64,000 nucleotides of DNA from positions 36,530 through 100,529 of the forward strand of contig JAWODN010000055.1 in assembly GCA_046483285.1 (NCBI GenBank), in the 5' to 3' direction. Source of the stretch: Candidatus Aminicenantes bacterium (GTDB lineage Bacteria; Acidobacteriota; Aminicenantia; Aminicenantales; Aminicenantaceae). Below, in pieces: positions 54,541 to 63,636 of this stretch. Under the pieces are notes generated by a model. That model saw nothing but the letters and a program-made list of their open reading frames with translations, was not told the origin of the DNA and searched no databases. Position numbers and translations under genes: made by a program. Positions within the stretch are counted from its first letter, which is position 1. Every line of letters starts with the position of its first letter.

Positions 54541-55241
54541 TGAAATCCGAAAATTCTGCGATTATAACCGCCCGCAACCTATGGAAAACATATCCCATGG
54601 GACAACAAGAAGTGAACGCTCTATGCGGAGTGGATTTGAAGGTGCAAAAGAATGAATTTCTGGCTATAATGGGGCCGTCCGGCTCCGGAAAATCAACGCT
54701 TATGAACCTCTTGGGATGCTTGGACACTCCCAGCCGCGGAGATTACTATTTAAACCAACGCTTGGTCAGCAGCATGGACGATAATGATTTAGCGTTCATC
54801 CGCAACCAGGAAATCGGATTTGTTTTTCAGGTCTTCAATCTGCTTTCCCGGGCTACGGCGTTTCATAATGTGGAACTTCCTCTTATCTATAAAGGGGAAA
54901 AAAAATGGCGGCGGGAAGAAAAGGTGAATGAAGCCCTGAAACTGGTGGAAATATATCAGCGGCGCGGACACCTCCCTTCTGAATTGTCCGGGGGCGAAAG
55001 ACAACGGGTCGCCATCGCCCGGGCCCTGGTCAATTCCCCCTCCCTGCTTCTGGCAGATGAACCGACCGGCAACCTGGACTCAAAAACAGGCAATGAAATT
55101 TTGAACTTGTTTCATAAAATCCATCAAGACGGAAACACCATTATTATGGTCACTCATGATCCCGGTATCTCCCGCCAGGCCCAGAGAATCATCCACATCA
55201 AAGACGGGAAAGTGGAAAAAGAAGAAAAAAGGGGAGGATGA
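54537..55241 (+). CDS. ABC transporter ATP-binding protein (MacB/LolD-type ATPase, no fused permease)
   Basis: Walker [15 protein letters not shown], signature [14 protein letters not shown], Walker [12 protein letters not shown]. Length 234 aa, no TM segment. Confidence 0.85.
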   Translation: MMKSENSAIITARNLWKTYPMGQQEVNALCGVDLKVQKNEFLAIMGPSGSGKSTLMNLLGCLDTPSRGDYYLNQRLVSSMDDNDLAFIRNQEIGFVFQVFNLLSRATAFHNVELPLIYKGEKKWRREEKVNEALKLVEIYQRRGHLPSELSGGERQRVAIARALVNSPSLLLADEPTGNLDSKTGNEILNLFHKIHQDGNTIIMVTHDPGISRQAQRIIHIKDGKVEKEEKRGG

Positions 55242-55242
55242 T

Positions 55243-55947
55243 ATGAATTTTTTTCAGCGGTTTTCAGGTGTGATATTCAATCCTCAGCTCACTTTCCAAT
55301 TCCTGGCTCATAAACCCGTTTGGATAGACGCCCTGGTGGCGGTGTTGATTTTTTCCGCTGTTTTTTCCTATCTGACTTTTCCTTTTTCTCAACAGGACAA
55401 CTTGCGGGCATTTGAAAACAACTTTGAGCTTAGAGAACGTGTCGGAGAGGACCGTTTCAATCAAATGATGGAATCTATGCGGAATCCATCGTCAACTCAG
55501 CGCCTCATATCTTCCACCCTGGGGCCTGTGAGCTTGGGAATCGGTTTGCTGATTTCTTCATTAGTCCTTCTCTTGCTTGGAAAAATGACATCCACGCAAG
55601 GTCATTATGTGCAGATATTTTCTGTGTATGTGCATGCCAATTTTATCGACAAAATCCTTGGCGGCGCCATCAAGCTACCTTTGATCCATACAACGGAATC
55701 AGTTGTCCAAACCACCACCAGTCTGGCCCTGTTTTTCCCGAAGCTGGAAATCATTTCCCCTGCTTTTATTGTGTTGAGCCAATTTGATCTTTTCCAAATC
55801 TGGCTTTTCGGCATTCTGGCTTACGGGCTCGCTGCGGTCCTGAAAATATCCATCAAAAAGGCTCTTTTTATTTCTTATGGGTTTTTCCTTATAAAAGCCC
55901 TTCTTTATACCGGACTGGGGCTCCTGACCCTTCAATACATTTCTTAA
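55243..55947 (+). CDS. Yip1-domain-like polytopic membrane protein (YknW-type partner)
   Basis: ATG one base after the ATPase stop. MNFFQRFSGVIFNPQLTFQFLAHKPVWIDALVAVLIFSAV...: five TM helices with the Yip1-like N-terminal pattern. The ORF track starts it 87 nt too early inside the ATPase gene. Confidence 0.5.
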   Translation: MNFFQRFSGVIFNPQLTFQFLAHKPVWIDALVAVLIFSAVFSYLTFPFSQQDNLRAFENNFELRERVGEDRFNQMMESMRNPSSTQRLISSTLGPVSLGIGLLISSLVLLLLGKMTSTQGHYVQIFSVYVHANFIDKILGGAIKLPLIHTTESVVQTTTSLALFFPKLEIISPAFIVLSQFDLFQIWLFGILAYGLAAVLKISIKKALFISYGFFLIKALLYTGLGLLTLQYIS

Positions 55948-55997
55948 TCCCCCTCCGCCATTCACCCCTCTTTGTAAAATCTGGTATACTAAGATGT

Positions 55998-56887
55998 GGA
56001 TGATGAACGGGCCGGGATGGCCGCATATCGCCATTTTTTTATGAATTCATCATGAGTATAACACACCGTGAACCATGAAAATGATCCCAATGTCATTCCC
56101 GGAACGGAGCGCTTTTGAGTCTGTCATTCCGAGGCACGCAGTGCCTCGGAATCCCTGACTGCCTCGTATGGCCGGTGGGTTCTGCTTTCACGAGGCAGGA
56201 AGGGATTGCCACGGCTTGCTGGCGCAAGCCTCGCAATGACAAAGTGGCATGTCTTCCCGGAGAGCGGATCGACAGGAATCTTAGAGTGCCTCGGCTAATG
56301 AGTCAGAACCGGCTCATCAGACGAATCCGAATAAGATCTTCACGGCCTGCTTCGCAGGCCTCAGGATGACAGCGAAGCTGTCATTTTCTAAGATATAGGT
56401 GAGGCTTGCCTGGCCTATTCACGGGCCGGGATGGCTGCAGACGACGACAATTCTTTAATTCAATGTCGTCCTGAGGAGCGGAGTGACGAGGGATCTGTGA
56501 GTGCTTTCGCCAGGCCGTATGGACAATGGGTTGCCAATTCGAAGCAGTCCGGGATCCTTCGCTCTGCTCAGGATGACATTAAATTAATGAAAGGTCGTCA
56601 CTTCACTGCGACGAGCCTCAAGCCGGAAGATGCGGTGAGATCCGGCCCGCCCGAAGGGTAAAAAAATGGCGATTAAAATAAAAATATAAAAATGAAAAAC
56701 TTTCTATTTGAACTTTCAATAAAAATCATGTTAATTGCTGATAAAAAAAGGATTGCAAAAAAATCGCAATTTTTTTATGAATAATTCAGGATAACATATG
56801 TGTGTTTTACAGAAATGATGAATATCGCAGCTAACAAAGGATTGACAAAAGTATCGCCATTTTTTTATGAATAGGTCAGGATAGGTT
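55998..56887 (+). repeat. Largest mosaic repeat block (0.9 kb), modules G-F-C-D-B-E plus extra and terminal T7-ATGAATAGGTCAGGATAGGTT, facing the DUF4388 gene
   Basis: G at 55998-56033. F at 56034-56126 (ATGAATTCAT at 56041-56050). C at 56127-56252. D at 56253-56400. B and E at 56405-56789. An AGGATTGACAAAA -35-like string at 56826-56838. Terminal motif ends at 56887, and the ATG is at 56888. ORFs 56115-56369 and 56431-56661 inside it are spurious. Confidence 0.85.
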
Positions 56888-57976
56888 ATGGAAAAACTCC
56901 GGCTGCATGGAAATCTCAAACAAACACCTTTCGCTTTTCTGCTTTTCCGGATTTGGAAGTCCAAAGGCTCAGGAATTCTAAAAATACGGAATCATGGAAG
57001 GGAAAGGAGAGCCGGTTTTCTAAAAGGAAATCTGGCTCCAGGGATCCTTTCCTTTCCCGGAGATGATTTTCTTCATGATCTGGCTAAGCGAAAATTGATC
57101 ACGGAGCCGCAATTACGAAACATCCTTAAAACAGCCCGGGAAAAAGAAACTTCACCCCTCCGGTGTATTCTGCAAAAAAAATTGTTTTCTCCACTTCAAA
57201 TTTGGGATGATATGTCTAAACACATAGAGAGTCAGCTGTTTCCCGCTTTCGACTGGACGGAAGCTGAATTTTTTTTTGATACTGAATTGGAACCGACAAA
57301 CCGCACCCCTTTATTTTTCATCGAGACCCCGGCATTTATTCTGGACGGAATAAGAAAAATGTCCCACTTCCAATTGATGGCGTCGCATCTTCCTTCCCCG
57401 GAAAATAAATGCCTCTTTCTTCCATCTGAGCACACAAAATCCTTGAGATGGCATCCTTCTGAAACCTACGTTTTCCGCCTGTTACAGAAAGAGCCCTCCT
57501 TGGCTGAAATTCACCAAAACAGCGAATTAGGAATCGAGGAGACCAATAGAGTGCTTTTCGCTATGCACGCGCTGGAAATGACAGGAGATTTTCGAAAAAG
57601 CATTCAAAAACCGGGTATCAGCGGCCCGGAAATTCATCGGATATTTGAGCATTTCAACCGATGTTATATCTATATTTTTAAATTTCTTTCCAAAGAAACC
57701 GGCCCGGTGACTTTCAAAATTTTGGAAAAATGCCTGTTTGATGTCAAATCACATCTGCCGTCCGGGTTTCATAATCTGCGCTTTGAATCCAACGGCCGGA
57801 TCACTTTGGGTTCAACCCCAGCCACGCCCACCGGACTTCCCGGGGGGATGGACCGGAATGATTTCTTGAAAGGCCTCAATGAAATTTTGAACGCGGAAAT
57901 TCTCGCCGTGAAAAAAACCCTCGGCAGCGAGCACGAATCCAATCTGGTCAAAAACCTGAACGCCTTGATAACATGA
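56888..57976 (+). CDS. DUF4388-domain protein, hypothetical
   Basis: N-terminal GNLKQTPFAFLLFRIWKSKGSGILKI, typical of DUF4388. The rest has no recognisable catalytic motif. Confidence 0.45.
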   Translation: MEKLRLHGNLKQTPFAFLLFRIWKSKGSGILKIRNHGRERRAGFLKGNLAPGILSFPGDDFLHDLAKRKLITEPQLRNILKTAREKETSPLRCILQKKLFSPLQIWDDMSKHIESQLFPAFDWTEAEFFFDTELEPTNRTPLFFIETPAFILDGIRKMSHFQLMASHLPSPENKCLFLPSEHTKSLRWHPSETYVFRLLQKEPSLAEIHQNSELGIEETNRVLFAMHALEMTGDFRKSIQKPGISGPEIHRIFEHFNRCYIYIFKFLSKETGPVTFKILEKCLFDVKSHLPSGFHNLRFESNGRITLGSTPATPTGLPGGMDRNDFLKGLNEILNAEILAVKKTLGSEHESNLVKNLNALIT

Positions 57977-58048
57977 AGGCAAACCGCAAGCAAATTTTGG
58001 GAATATTGATTTTATTAACTTTATTAACCATAGGACTTCTGTTTAAAA

Positions 58049-58972
58049 TTGGCTGCTGAAAAAAGAAACCTGGTCATCATTCTCGGCCCCACCGGAGTCG
58101 GGAAAAGCGCAACCGCTGTGAAACTGGCCCGGTGCTTTTCCGGAGAAATCATCAATTGTGATTCCATGCAGGTCTATCGCGGCTTTGATATCGGCACCGA
58201 TAAGATTTCAGAGGAGAAAAAGCAAGGAATCCCTCACCATCTGCTGGACGCGGCCAGCCCGGCTTCTCAATTCACCGCGGCTGATTTCGTCCGCCTCTCT
58301 CTCAAGGCGATGAAGGAGATCCGCGGCCGGGGAAAACTTCCCATCATCACCGGAGGGACGGGGTTGTATCTGAAAGCCTTGCTGGACGGCCTGTTTCCGG
58401 AAGATAGCAAAGACCTCTCTATCAGGAATAATTTAAAAAAAGAAGCCTCATCTAAAGGCTGGGATGAGTTGTGGTCCCGGCTGCTGCAAGTCGATCCGGA
58501 ATACGCCCAAAAAATCAGCCCCAATGACAAAGTCCGGATTATCCGGGCCTTGGAAGTGCATCAGGCTACAGGTATCCCTCTCTCCCGTCATTTCCCCAAG
58601 ACCGAACCGTTTATAAAAAATGACAACCTCGTCATTATCGGATTGAAACTGGACCGCGAATCTTTATACCAACGGATAAACAACAGGGTGGAGGCCATGA
58701 TGGAAAAAGGACTGACGGCTGAAGTAAAAAACCTGATCGGCCGCGGAGTTCCGGAAAGCGCCCCCTCTTTCCGGGCTCTGGGATATAAATATATCCTGTC
58801 CTCCCTGCATGGCGAAATATCCTTGACCGAAGCCGTCCGCTTGACCAAAAGAGACACCCGCCGCTATGCCAAGCGTCAAATGACATGGTTTAAAAAAATG
58901 AGGGGAATCCATTGGTTTTCTCCTTATGATTTTCCGCTCATAAAAAAACATGTGGAAGAGAGGCTGGAATAG
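58049..58972 (+). CDS. miaA: tRNA dimethylallyltransferase
   Basis: P-loop GPTGVGKS, SMQVYRGFDIGTDK and the tRNA-binding helix region. Confidence 0.85.
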   Translation: MAAEKRNLVIILGPTGVGKSATAVKLARCFSGEIINCDSMQVYRGFDIGTDKISEEKKQGIPHHLLDAASPASQFTAADFVRLSLKAMKEIRGRGKLPIITGGTGLYLKALLDGLFPEDSKDLSIRNNLKKEASSKGWDELWSRLLQVDPEYAQKISPNDKVRIIRALEVHQATGIPLSRHFPKTEPFIKNDNLVIIGLKLDRESLYQRINNRVEAMMEKGLTAEVKNLIGRGVPESAPSFRALGYKYILSSLHGEISLTEAVRLTKRDTRRYAKRQMTWFKKMRGIHWFSPYDFPLIKKHVEERLE

Positions 58973-60235
58973 ATGGAGAAAGCATTTTTGGTTCATCTGG
59001 TCATAGACCGGCAGGGGGAAAGGGAAAGGGAAGATTCTCTCCAGGAACTCAAGGGCCTGGTTGAATCCGCCGGAGGGAAAGTAGTGGGGGAATCACATCA
59101 AAAACGGGGTTCCATTCATCCTAAATTTTTGATCGGCCCCGGAAAGGCTGAGGAAATCGCCCGTTTGAAAGACGAGACGGACGCCGATTTGGTGGTTTTC
59201 GATCATAATCTAACTCCCGGACAGCAAAGAGCCCTGGAAGACAAAATCAACAGCAAGGTCATCGATCGAACCCAGTTGATTCTGGATATCTTTGCCCAGC
59301 GGGCCCACAGCAACGAAGGCAAACTCCAAGTTGAATTGGCTCAATTGAATTATCTTCTTCCCAGATTGACTGGAAAAGGCCAGGCTCTGTCACGGTTGGG
59401 AGGAGGAATCGGAACCAGGGGGCCTGGTGAAAAAAAATTAGAAGTGGACCGGAGACGCATTCAGAAACGGATATCCAAAATCAAACAGGATCTCAAAAAA
59501 ACACAAAAGCGGCGGATGGATCAGAGGCAAAGGCACCGCCGGAGTCCCGTCCCGATCGTCTCTCTGGTGGGATACACCAACGCAGGGAAATCCACTCTGT
59601 TCAACCGTTTAACCGGAGATGACAAATTCGTTTCCAGTAAATTATTCGCAACGCTGGATCCGGTCATCCGGAGAATGAGTTTTTCCGACGGAGCCTATGT
59701 TTTTTTCACCGATACAGTCGGCTTTCTCAGAGAACTGCCTTCCGAATTGAAAACCGCTTTCCGTGCCACTTTGGAAGAAATCCACGAGGCTGACTGCATC
59801 TGCCATATCATTGATATCACATCACCTCATTACCGGGAGCATATCCATGCCGTGGAATCTATTTTAGCTGAACTGGAAGTTATGGATATTCCGGTAATAA
59901 AAGTCTTCAACAAGATAGATGCCGTCTCATCCCCTCCGGACTATTCCAAAATAAACAGACGCCTGGCCCAAGACTCCGTGTATATATCCGCCCGCAATGG
60001 AACCGGGCTGGAGCAACTGAAACAGAAAATCCGGGCGGTTGTTTTTAAGTCAAAAAATGTTTATTATCTTGAAGTGCCGAGAAAGAAAAAAAACTTAATT
60101 CATTCTTTTCCGAAATGGTCCATTGTGCTGAAAAGAGTAGAAACAGACGGGAATGTGAAAATAAAAATTCTGGCCGAGCCTAAAGACATGCTGAATTTTT
60201 TACCCTATATTCAAAAAGGAGAAACCCATTGGTGA
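58973..60235 (+). CDS. hflX: GTPase HflX
   Basis: HflX N-domain ([17 protein letters not shown]), G1 [11 protein letters not shown]3 DTVGF and G4 NKID. Confidence 0.85.
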   Translation: MEKAFLVHLVIDRQGEREREDSLQELKGLVESAGGKVVGESHQKRGSIHPKFLIGPGKAEEIARLKDETDADLVVFDHNLTPGQQRALEDKINSKVIDRTQLILDIFAQRAHSNEGKLQVELAQLNYLLPRLTGKGQALSRLGGGIGTRGPGEKKLEVDRRRIQKRISKIKQDLKKTQKRRMDQRQRHRRSPVPIVSLVGYTNAGKSTLFNRLTGDDKFVSSKLFATLDPVIRRMSFSDGAYVFFTDTVGFLRELPSELKTAFRATLEEIHEADCICHIIDITSPHYREHIHAVESILAELEVMDIPVIKVFNKIDAVSSPPDYSKINRRLAQDSVYISARNGTGLEQLKQKIRAVVFKSKNVYYLEVPRKKKNLIHSFPKWSIVLKRVETDGNVKIKILAEPKDMLNFLPYIQKGETHW

Positions 60236-61578
60236 GAGCAAAAAATATATTTATTGTCAGTATGGGAATGCTTTTGATCGCCGGAGCCTGCGCCCCCCGC
60301 CATGTGCCTCCGCCCACTATACACATCGGATCGCTTCCCCACGCTGAAACCGCGGAATTGTCCCTGGATGCCAGAATTCTGGTCGAAGATGCCTGGACTC
60401 TCATCCAGCAGGGCCGGGGAGAAAAAGCAATCAACCTCATTTCAAAATTGGGGCCGGATCATCCTTTTTACCTGGTGGGAATGGGCTATGCTCATTACGT
60501 GCTCGAGGACTTGCAAAAAGCGGAGGAATTTCTCACTGCCGCCGCCGCCCAGGAACCTGATCTTATTCTGGAGCATATCGGGCTGGCACAATTGTACGGG
60601 GAGACCCAGCGCGAAGACTTGGCTTTCGCCCAATACCGTGAGGTATTAAAACAAGCTCCTGACCATCCCTGGGCCCGGCCGCGGTATAATGAGATCCAGC
60701 AAAGACGGACAGAGGAAACCTTGAACGCCGCACAGGACGCCCGCGAAAGCGGTGATACGGAATCCGCGCAAGCGGCGTTTTTAAAAGCTTTATATTACTC
60801 CCCCGCCAATATCCAGGCCCATATGTCCCTGGCGGAAATCTATCTTGAGGAAGAAGAAACCGAAAAGGCCCTGGTTCATCTCAAGGCCGCACGCACGGAA
60901 AGCCCAAACGATCCCCGTATTCTCAAATCCTATGGAGAAGCCCTGTTTCAAACGGAGCAATTCAAACAAAGTTTAGAGGTCTATGAGCGAGTGGCTGACC
61001 TGCGCCCTGAAGATTCCCAGGCCGAGCAAAGGATTGAGCAATTGAAAAACCGCCTGGGGATTTTCGAGCTCCCCAGCCAATATGACAACATACCGGCCCG
61101 GGATGCTGTCAGCAAAGAGGATGTGGCGGGTTTGATTGGAGTTAATTTCGGTGCTTATCTCGAAGAAACCGGGAAAAATCCTCCCATCCTTATTGACATT
61201 TCCACTTCCTGGGCGACTGAATTCATTTTGCAGACCACGGCCCTGGGTTTGCTGGACATTTACCCCAACCACACCTTCCAGCCTGAAAAAATTGTGACCC
61301 GGGCCCAGATGGCGGAAATTCTTTTCCGCTTGGTTCGTTATTTAAAAGAGCAGGGACACACTTTTGTCCAGCAGGTATCGCCTCAAAACATCGAAATTGC
61401 GGATGTTTCTTCAGACAACTTTTACTACCACCCCATAATAATGATGATATCTTATGATTTCATGAGCCTGTCCCGGGGGCAACGGTTCCATCCCGACAGG
61501 CCGGTCACGGGAAATGAAGCCATCCGGCTCATAAACATCGTCTTATCTCAAATGGATGAAAGTCACCAACCGGGCTAA
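60229..61578 (+). CDS. Lipoprotein with TPR repeats and a C-terminal SLH-like domain
   Basis: Lipobox LLIAGAC, at least five TPR units, and an SLH-like tail ([42 protein letters not shown]). Confidence 0.55.
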   Translation: MVRAKNIFIVSMGMLLIAGACAPRHVPPPTIHIGSLPHAETAELSLDARILVEDAWTLIQQGRGEKAINLISKLGPDHPFYLVGMGYAHYVLEDLQKAEEFLTAAAAQEPDLILEHIGLAQLYGETQREDLAFAQYREVLKQAPDHPWARPRYNEIQQRRTEETLNAAQDARESGDTESAQAAFLKALYYSPANIQAHMSLAEIYLEEEETEKALVHLKAARTESPNDPRILKSYGEALFQTEQFKQSLEVYERVADLRPEDSQAEQRIEQLKNRLGIFELPSQYDNIPARDAVSKEDVAGLIGVNFGAYLEETGKNPPILIDISTSWATEFILQTTALGLLDIYPNHTFQPEKIVTRAQMAEILFRLVRYLKEQGHTFVQQVSPQNIEIADVSSDNFYYHPIIMMISYDFMSLSRGQRFHPDRPVTGNEAIRLINIVLSQMDESHQPG

Positions 61579-61584
61579 ATATAT

Positions 61585-62166
61585 ATGGCAAGATGGAGTT
61601 CTTTTTTTACCATTCCCAATATCATCACCTTGGCCCGGATACTGCTGATTCCATTTTTTCTGTATTTTATGCTCCAAAAACAGCTTCAGACGGCCTTCAT
61701 CATCTTTTTGCTGGCTGTTGGTACGGATTTTGTCGACGGCGCCGCCGCCAGAATATTGAATCAAAAATCAAAGTGGGGAGCTTTGCTGGATCCGGCCGGG
61801 GACAAACTTCTCATGACCACTTCTTTTATTCTCCTGACCATCCCTTCCATTAGCTCTCCGAATCATCTTCCGGTTTGGCTGACAGTCGGAGTCATCAGCC
61901 GGGATATTTTCATTGTCACCGGTTCCGCCATGGTTTATCACAAAATCAGACAGACCCGTTTCCCTCCCACACTGCTGGGAAAAATGAGCACCATTATGCA
62001 GATGGTTACTCTGGTTCTGGTGCTTTATTATAACTTTCTTTCCAGGGAGATGCCGCTTCTCCAATGGGTCTATCTGCTTACCTTTACCCTGACTGTTTTT
62101 TCCGGGATCCATTACGCCGCCATAGGGGTTTCCTGGATCAAGAACGCTGGAAACAAGAGGGGATAA
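61585..62166 (+). CDS. pgsA: CDP-alcohol phosphatidyltransferase (likely phosphatidylglycerophosphate synthase)
   Basis: D-G-x2-A-R-x8-G-x3-D-x3-D motif (DGAAARILNQKSKWGALLDPAGDKL) and 4-5 TM helices. Confidence 0.65.
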   Translation: MARWSSFFTIPNIITLARILLIPFFLYFMLQKQLQTAFIIFLLAVGTDFVDGAAARILNQKSKWGALLDPAGDKLLMTTSFILLTIPSISSPNHLPVWLTVGVISRDIFIVTGSAMVYHKIRQTRFPPTLLGKMSTIMQMVTLVLVLYYNFLSREMPLLQWVYLLTFTLTVFSGIHYAAIGVSWIKNAGNKRG

Positions 62167-62187
62167 TAAGTTATTCAGTTTGACGGG

Positions 62188-63636
62188 CTATGCGGATGGG
62201 TCGATAAATCCCTTGCGGAGAGTCATCCATATAATCTGAAGGTCCAGCAGCAGCGACCAATTCTGGATATAATAAAAGTCATATTCCAGGCGTTTATCAA
62301 AATCACAGTCCTGCCGCAAGCCATGAACCTGGGCCCACCCCGTCAATCCGGAATTGACCTTATGGCGCAGCATATATTTAGGTAATTTCTCCCGGAACCG
62401 CTTGACAAACACCTCTCTTTCGGGGCGGGGGCCGACCAGGCTCATCTCCCCCTTCAAAACATTCCACAGCTGAGGGACTTCATCTATGCTGAACCGGCGC
62501 AGAAACCGGCCGATTTTGGTAATCCGGGGATCATTAGGCCGGCACATAACCGGTCCGCTCTTTTGTTCGGCTCCGCTGACCATGGTTCGAAATTTGTGCA
62601 TAATGAACTTCTTGCCGTCCAGTCCCACTCTCTCCTGGTGATATAGAACCGGCCCCTTTGAAGTGAGCTTGATAAATAAGCCGATGATTATATAGAAAGG
62701 TGAAAACAAAACCAAAACCAAGGCGGAAATTGAAATATCCATTATCCGCTTCACAAGCCGCATGGGTCCCCGCATGGGAGGTTCATCCACACTGATCACC
62801 GGAAATCCATCCAAATTTTCCAGCCGGGCTCTCAGGGTTAAAAACTGAAATAAATCCGGAATCAAGCGGACGTTGACGGCATGCTTATTCACCACCTTCA
62901 ATGTCTTGAGAATACGAGAATAATTATTTAAATCCAAAGCCACGTAAACATCGGAAATCTGATGTTCTTCAATAGCCGAATCCAATGCATCCAAAGCACC
63001 TAAAACCTTTATTCCGCCGTTGACATCAATCCACTCGCCGGGCCTGGCGTCATCATCCAGAAACCCTTTAACCTTAAACCCCAAGTCCTTGTAATTAAAT
63101 AATTTCTGAGCAACCGTCCGCCCCATCTTGCCAGCACCGACAATAAGGGCATTCTGCAGATCCAGCCCGCGGGCGTACCGGCGCTTTTTGAAATGATAAA
63201 TTTGATTGCGCAGAAACAACAAAACAAGCGGCAGCCCCACAAAATAGACACCGAGGAATCCATGCGAAATCTTGAAAGTCATTTGAAACAGAGGCGCCGG
63301 CCCTTGAGAGTATGCATAGAGGTAATTCAAAACACCCAGCACGATCAGTATTGTTAAGCCGGCATTGATCAGAATGTGCAGAAAATCATCTATCCCTGTT
63401 CTCTTCAGCCGGGTTTTATAGAAACCCTGAAAAAAAAATATCACCAAATGGGTGATCAGAAACAAGGGGAAAACCATAATATAAGGCTTTAAGGGAGGAA
63501 TGCCTTTCTCCGGACTAACCGGAACAACGTACCCGTAAAACCGGAAAAAATAAGCATAAAAATAAGTCAGTGTGATTCCAATGATATCTCCGGCCAGATA
63601 CCATCCAATCAGCCTTTGCCGCTGTTTTCTAAACAT
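62188..63636 (-). CDS. Undecaprenyl-phosphate sugar phosphotransferase (WbaP/exopolysaccharide priming transferase family)
   Basis: N-terminal TM bundle, a central NAD-like linker and the C-terminal bacterial sugar-transferase domain (SLVGPRPEREVFV, DxxYxxNWS-like). Confidence 0.8.
   Translation of the reverse strand: MFRKQRQRLIGWYLAGDIIGITLTYFYAYFFRFYGYVVPVSPEKGIPPLKPYIMVFPLFLITHLVIFFFQGFYKTRLKRTGIDDFLHILINAGLTILIVLGVLNYLYAYSQGPAPLFQMTFKISHGFLGVYFVGLPLVLLFLRNQIYHFKKRRYARGLDLQNALIVGAGKMGRTVAQKLFNYKDLGFKVKGFLDDDARPGEWIDVNGGIKVLGALDALDSAIEEHQISDVYVALDLNNYSRILKTLKVVNKHAVNVRLIPDLFQFLTLRARLENLDGFPVISVDEPPMRGPMRLVKRIMDISISALVLVLFSPFYIIIGLFIKLTSKGPVLYHQERVGLDGKKFIMHKFRTMVSGAEQKSGPVMCRPNDPRITKIGRFLRRFSIDEVPQLWNVLKGEMSLVGPRPEREVFVKRFREKLPKYMLRHKVNSGLTGWAQVHGLRQDCDFDKRLEYDFYYIQNWSLLLDLQIIWMTLRKGFIDPSA

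Noticed and set aside
55948-56887. Integron cassette array or attC sites as an explanation for the palindromic repeats
   Set aside because: The repeats are upstream, not downstream, of genes. The flanking genes are core housekeeping genes. No intI is present, and there is no attC R''-L''/L'-R' architecture.
58049-60235. Missing hfq between miaA and hflX, as a possible deletion
   Set aside because: miaA and hflX are directly adjacent with 0 nt between them. Absence of hfq at this position is common outside the Proteobacteria, so it is not informative alone.
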